Of a stretch of DNA of 50,742 nucleotides, positions 50,142-50,742 are shown one piece after another. Position 1 is the first letter of the stretch. Each line of letters starts with the position of its first letter. Position numbers and translations under genes: made by a program. A model generated the notes under the pieces. The model made no database searches, was not told the origin of the DNA, and saw nothing but the letters and a program-made list of their open reading frames with translations. This DNA is from Chara braunii (taxonomy: Eukaryota; Plantae; Charophyceae): positions 1,996,089 through 2,046,830 of the forward strand of contig BFEA01000012.1 of NCBI GenBank assembly GCA_003427395.1. Direction: 5' to 3'.

Positions 50142-50630
50142 GACTGTAACGCCCAGATACATTTAGAGTGTTGTATAGTGGAGCGAGACCCTTCCTATTT
50201 TGGATAACTTCCGGTCTATAATGACTGTGCTGTCTATTCGCGGGAAATGCTAACCGTGCCCTGGTGCCGTCTTAGAAAATCGTCTAGAAGGGTGGGTCAT
50301 GCCACCCTGTAACCTAGCAGTTGGGGGCATGAGGCCTGGTAGAGATTGGGCATCGGGATATAGGGGTGATGCAGGTAGGGTTGGGCTGCCGAAAGGCCCT
50401 AACGCAGGTGGCTCTTTCGTTCTGAATGCTCCTTTGATGCAAGCTTTGGAGGATAGAGAATTTTAGTGTTCTTGTACATAGTTGTTTTTCTTAGCCTAAG
50501 CTGGGTAATGGTCCCGGTACCTCAAGGATTTTCCCATAAATTTCTCAATTCTCAATATGATCTTGAATGGGACGCTGGGCCCGGTTCCCAGCACGTGCTG
50601 CTCCCCACGAATAGATTGGAGCATGTTCCC

Positions 50631-50667
<37 letters not shown>
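50142..50667 (+). mobile_element. Additional LINE-type 3' end segment with its own poly(A)
   Basis: It carries the same stem-loop module (50569-50623) as 50002-50054 and ends in the A run at 50635-50667. Confidence 0.55.
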
Positions 50668-50672
<5 letters not shown>

Positions 50673-50742
50673 ATGTGTGCCCTGGCACGGTGTGACCTCT
50701 GGTTGCCTCGTGCAATGCTTTGGAACAGGTGCCGCTCGTCAC

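Overview
This is eukaryotic, repeat-rich draft-assembly DNA with N gaps at microsatellites and one sequencing-adapter artefact. The host is probably a green plant or streptophyte alga (inference from the gene and transposon types; not verifiable here). The only recognisable host gene piece is the first coding exon of an AE7/CIA2 (MIP18/FAM96) Fe-S assembly gene on the minus strand (3059-2942). It is followed by a U12-type AT-AC donor, so bases 1-2941 are probably intron. The rest is mostly mobile DNA: three degenerate L1/Tx1-like LINEs plus fragments, a probable Mutator-like TIR pair, several foldback/MITE elements, and two diverged inverted copies of a ~5.4 kb non-coding element with conserved hairpins. 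The second copy of that element is split by a LINE. The most striking signal is a complete type III hammerhead ribozyme (24294-24354, +) with a predicted loop-loop kissing contact, embedded in that non-coding element. A decayed homologue (511-578, -) lies in a different repeat mosaic inside the AE7 intron. Together these suggest an undescribed retrozyme- or Penelope-like ribozyme-bearing retroelement system.
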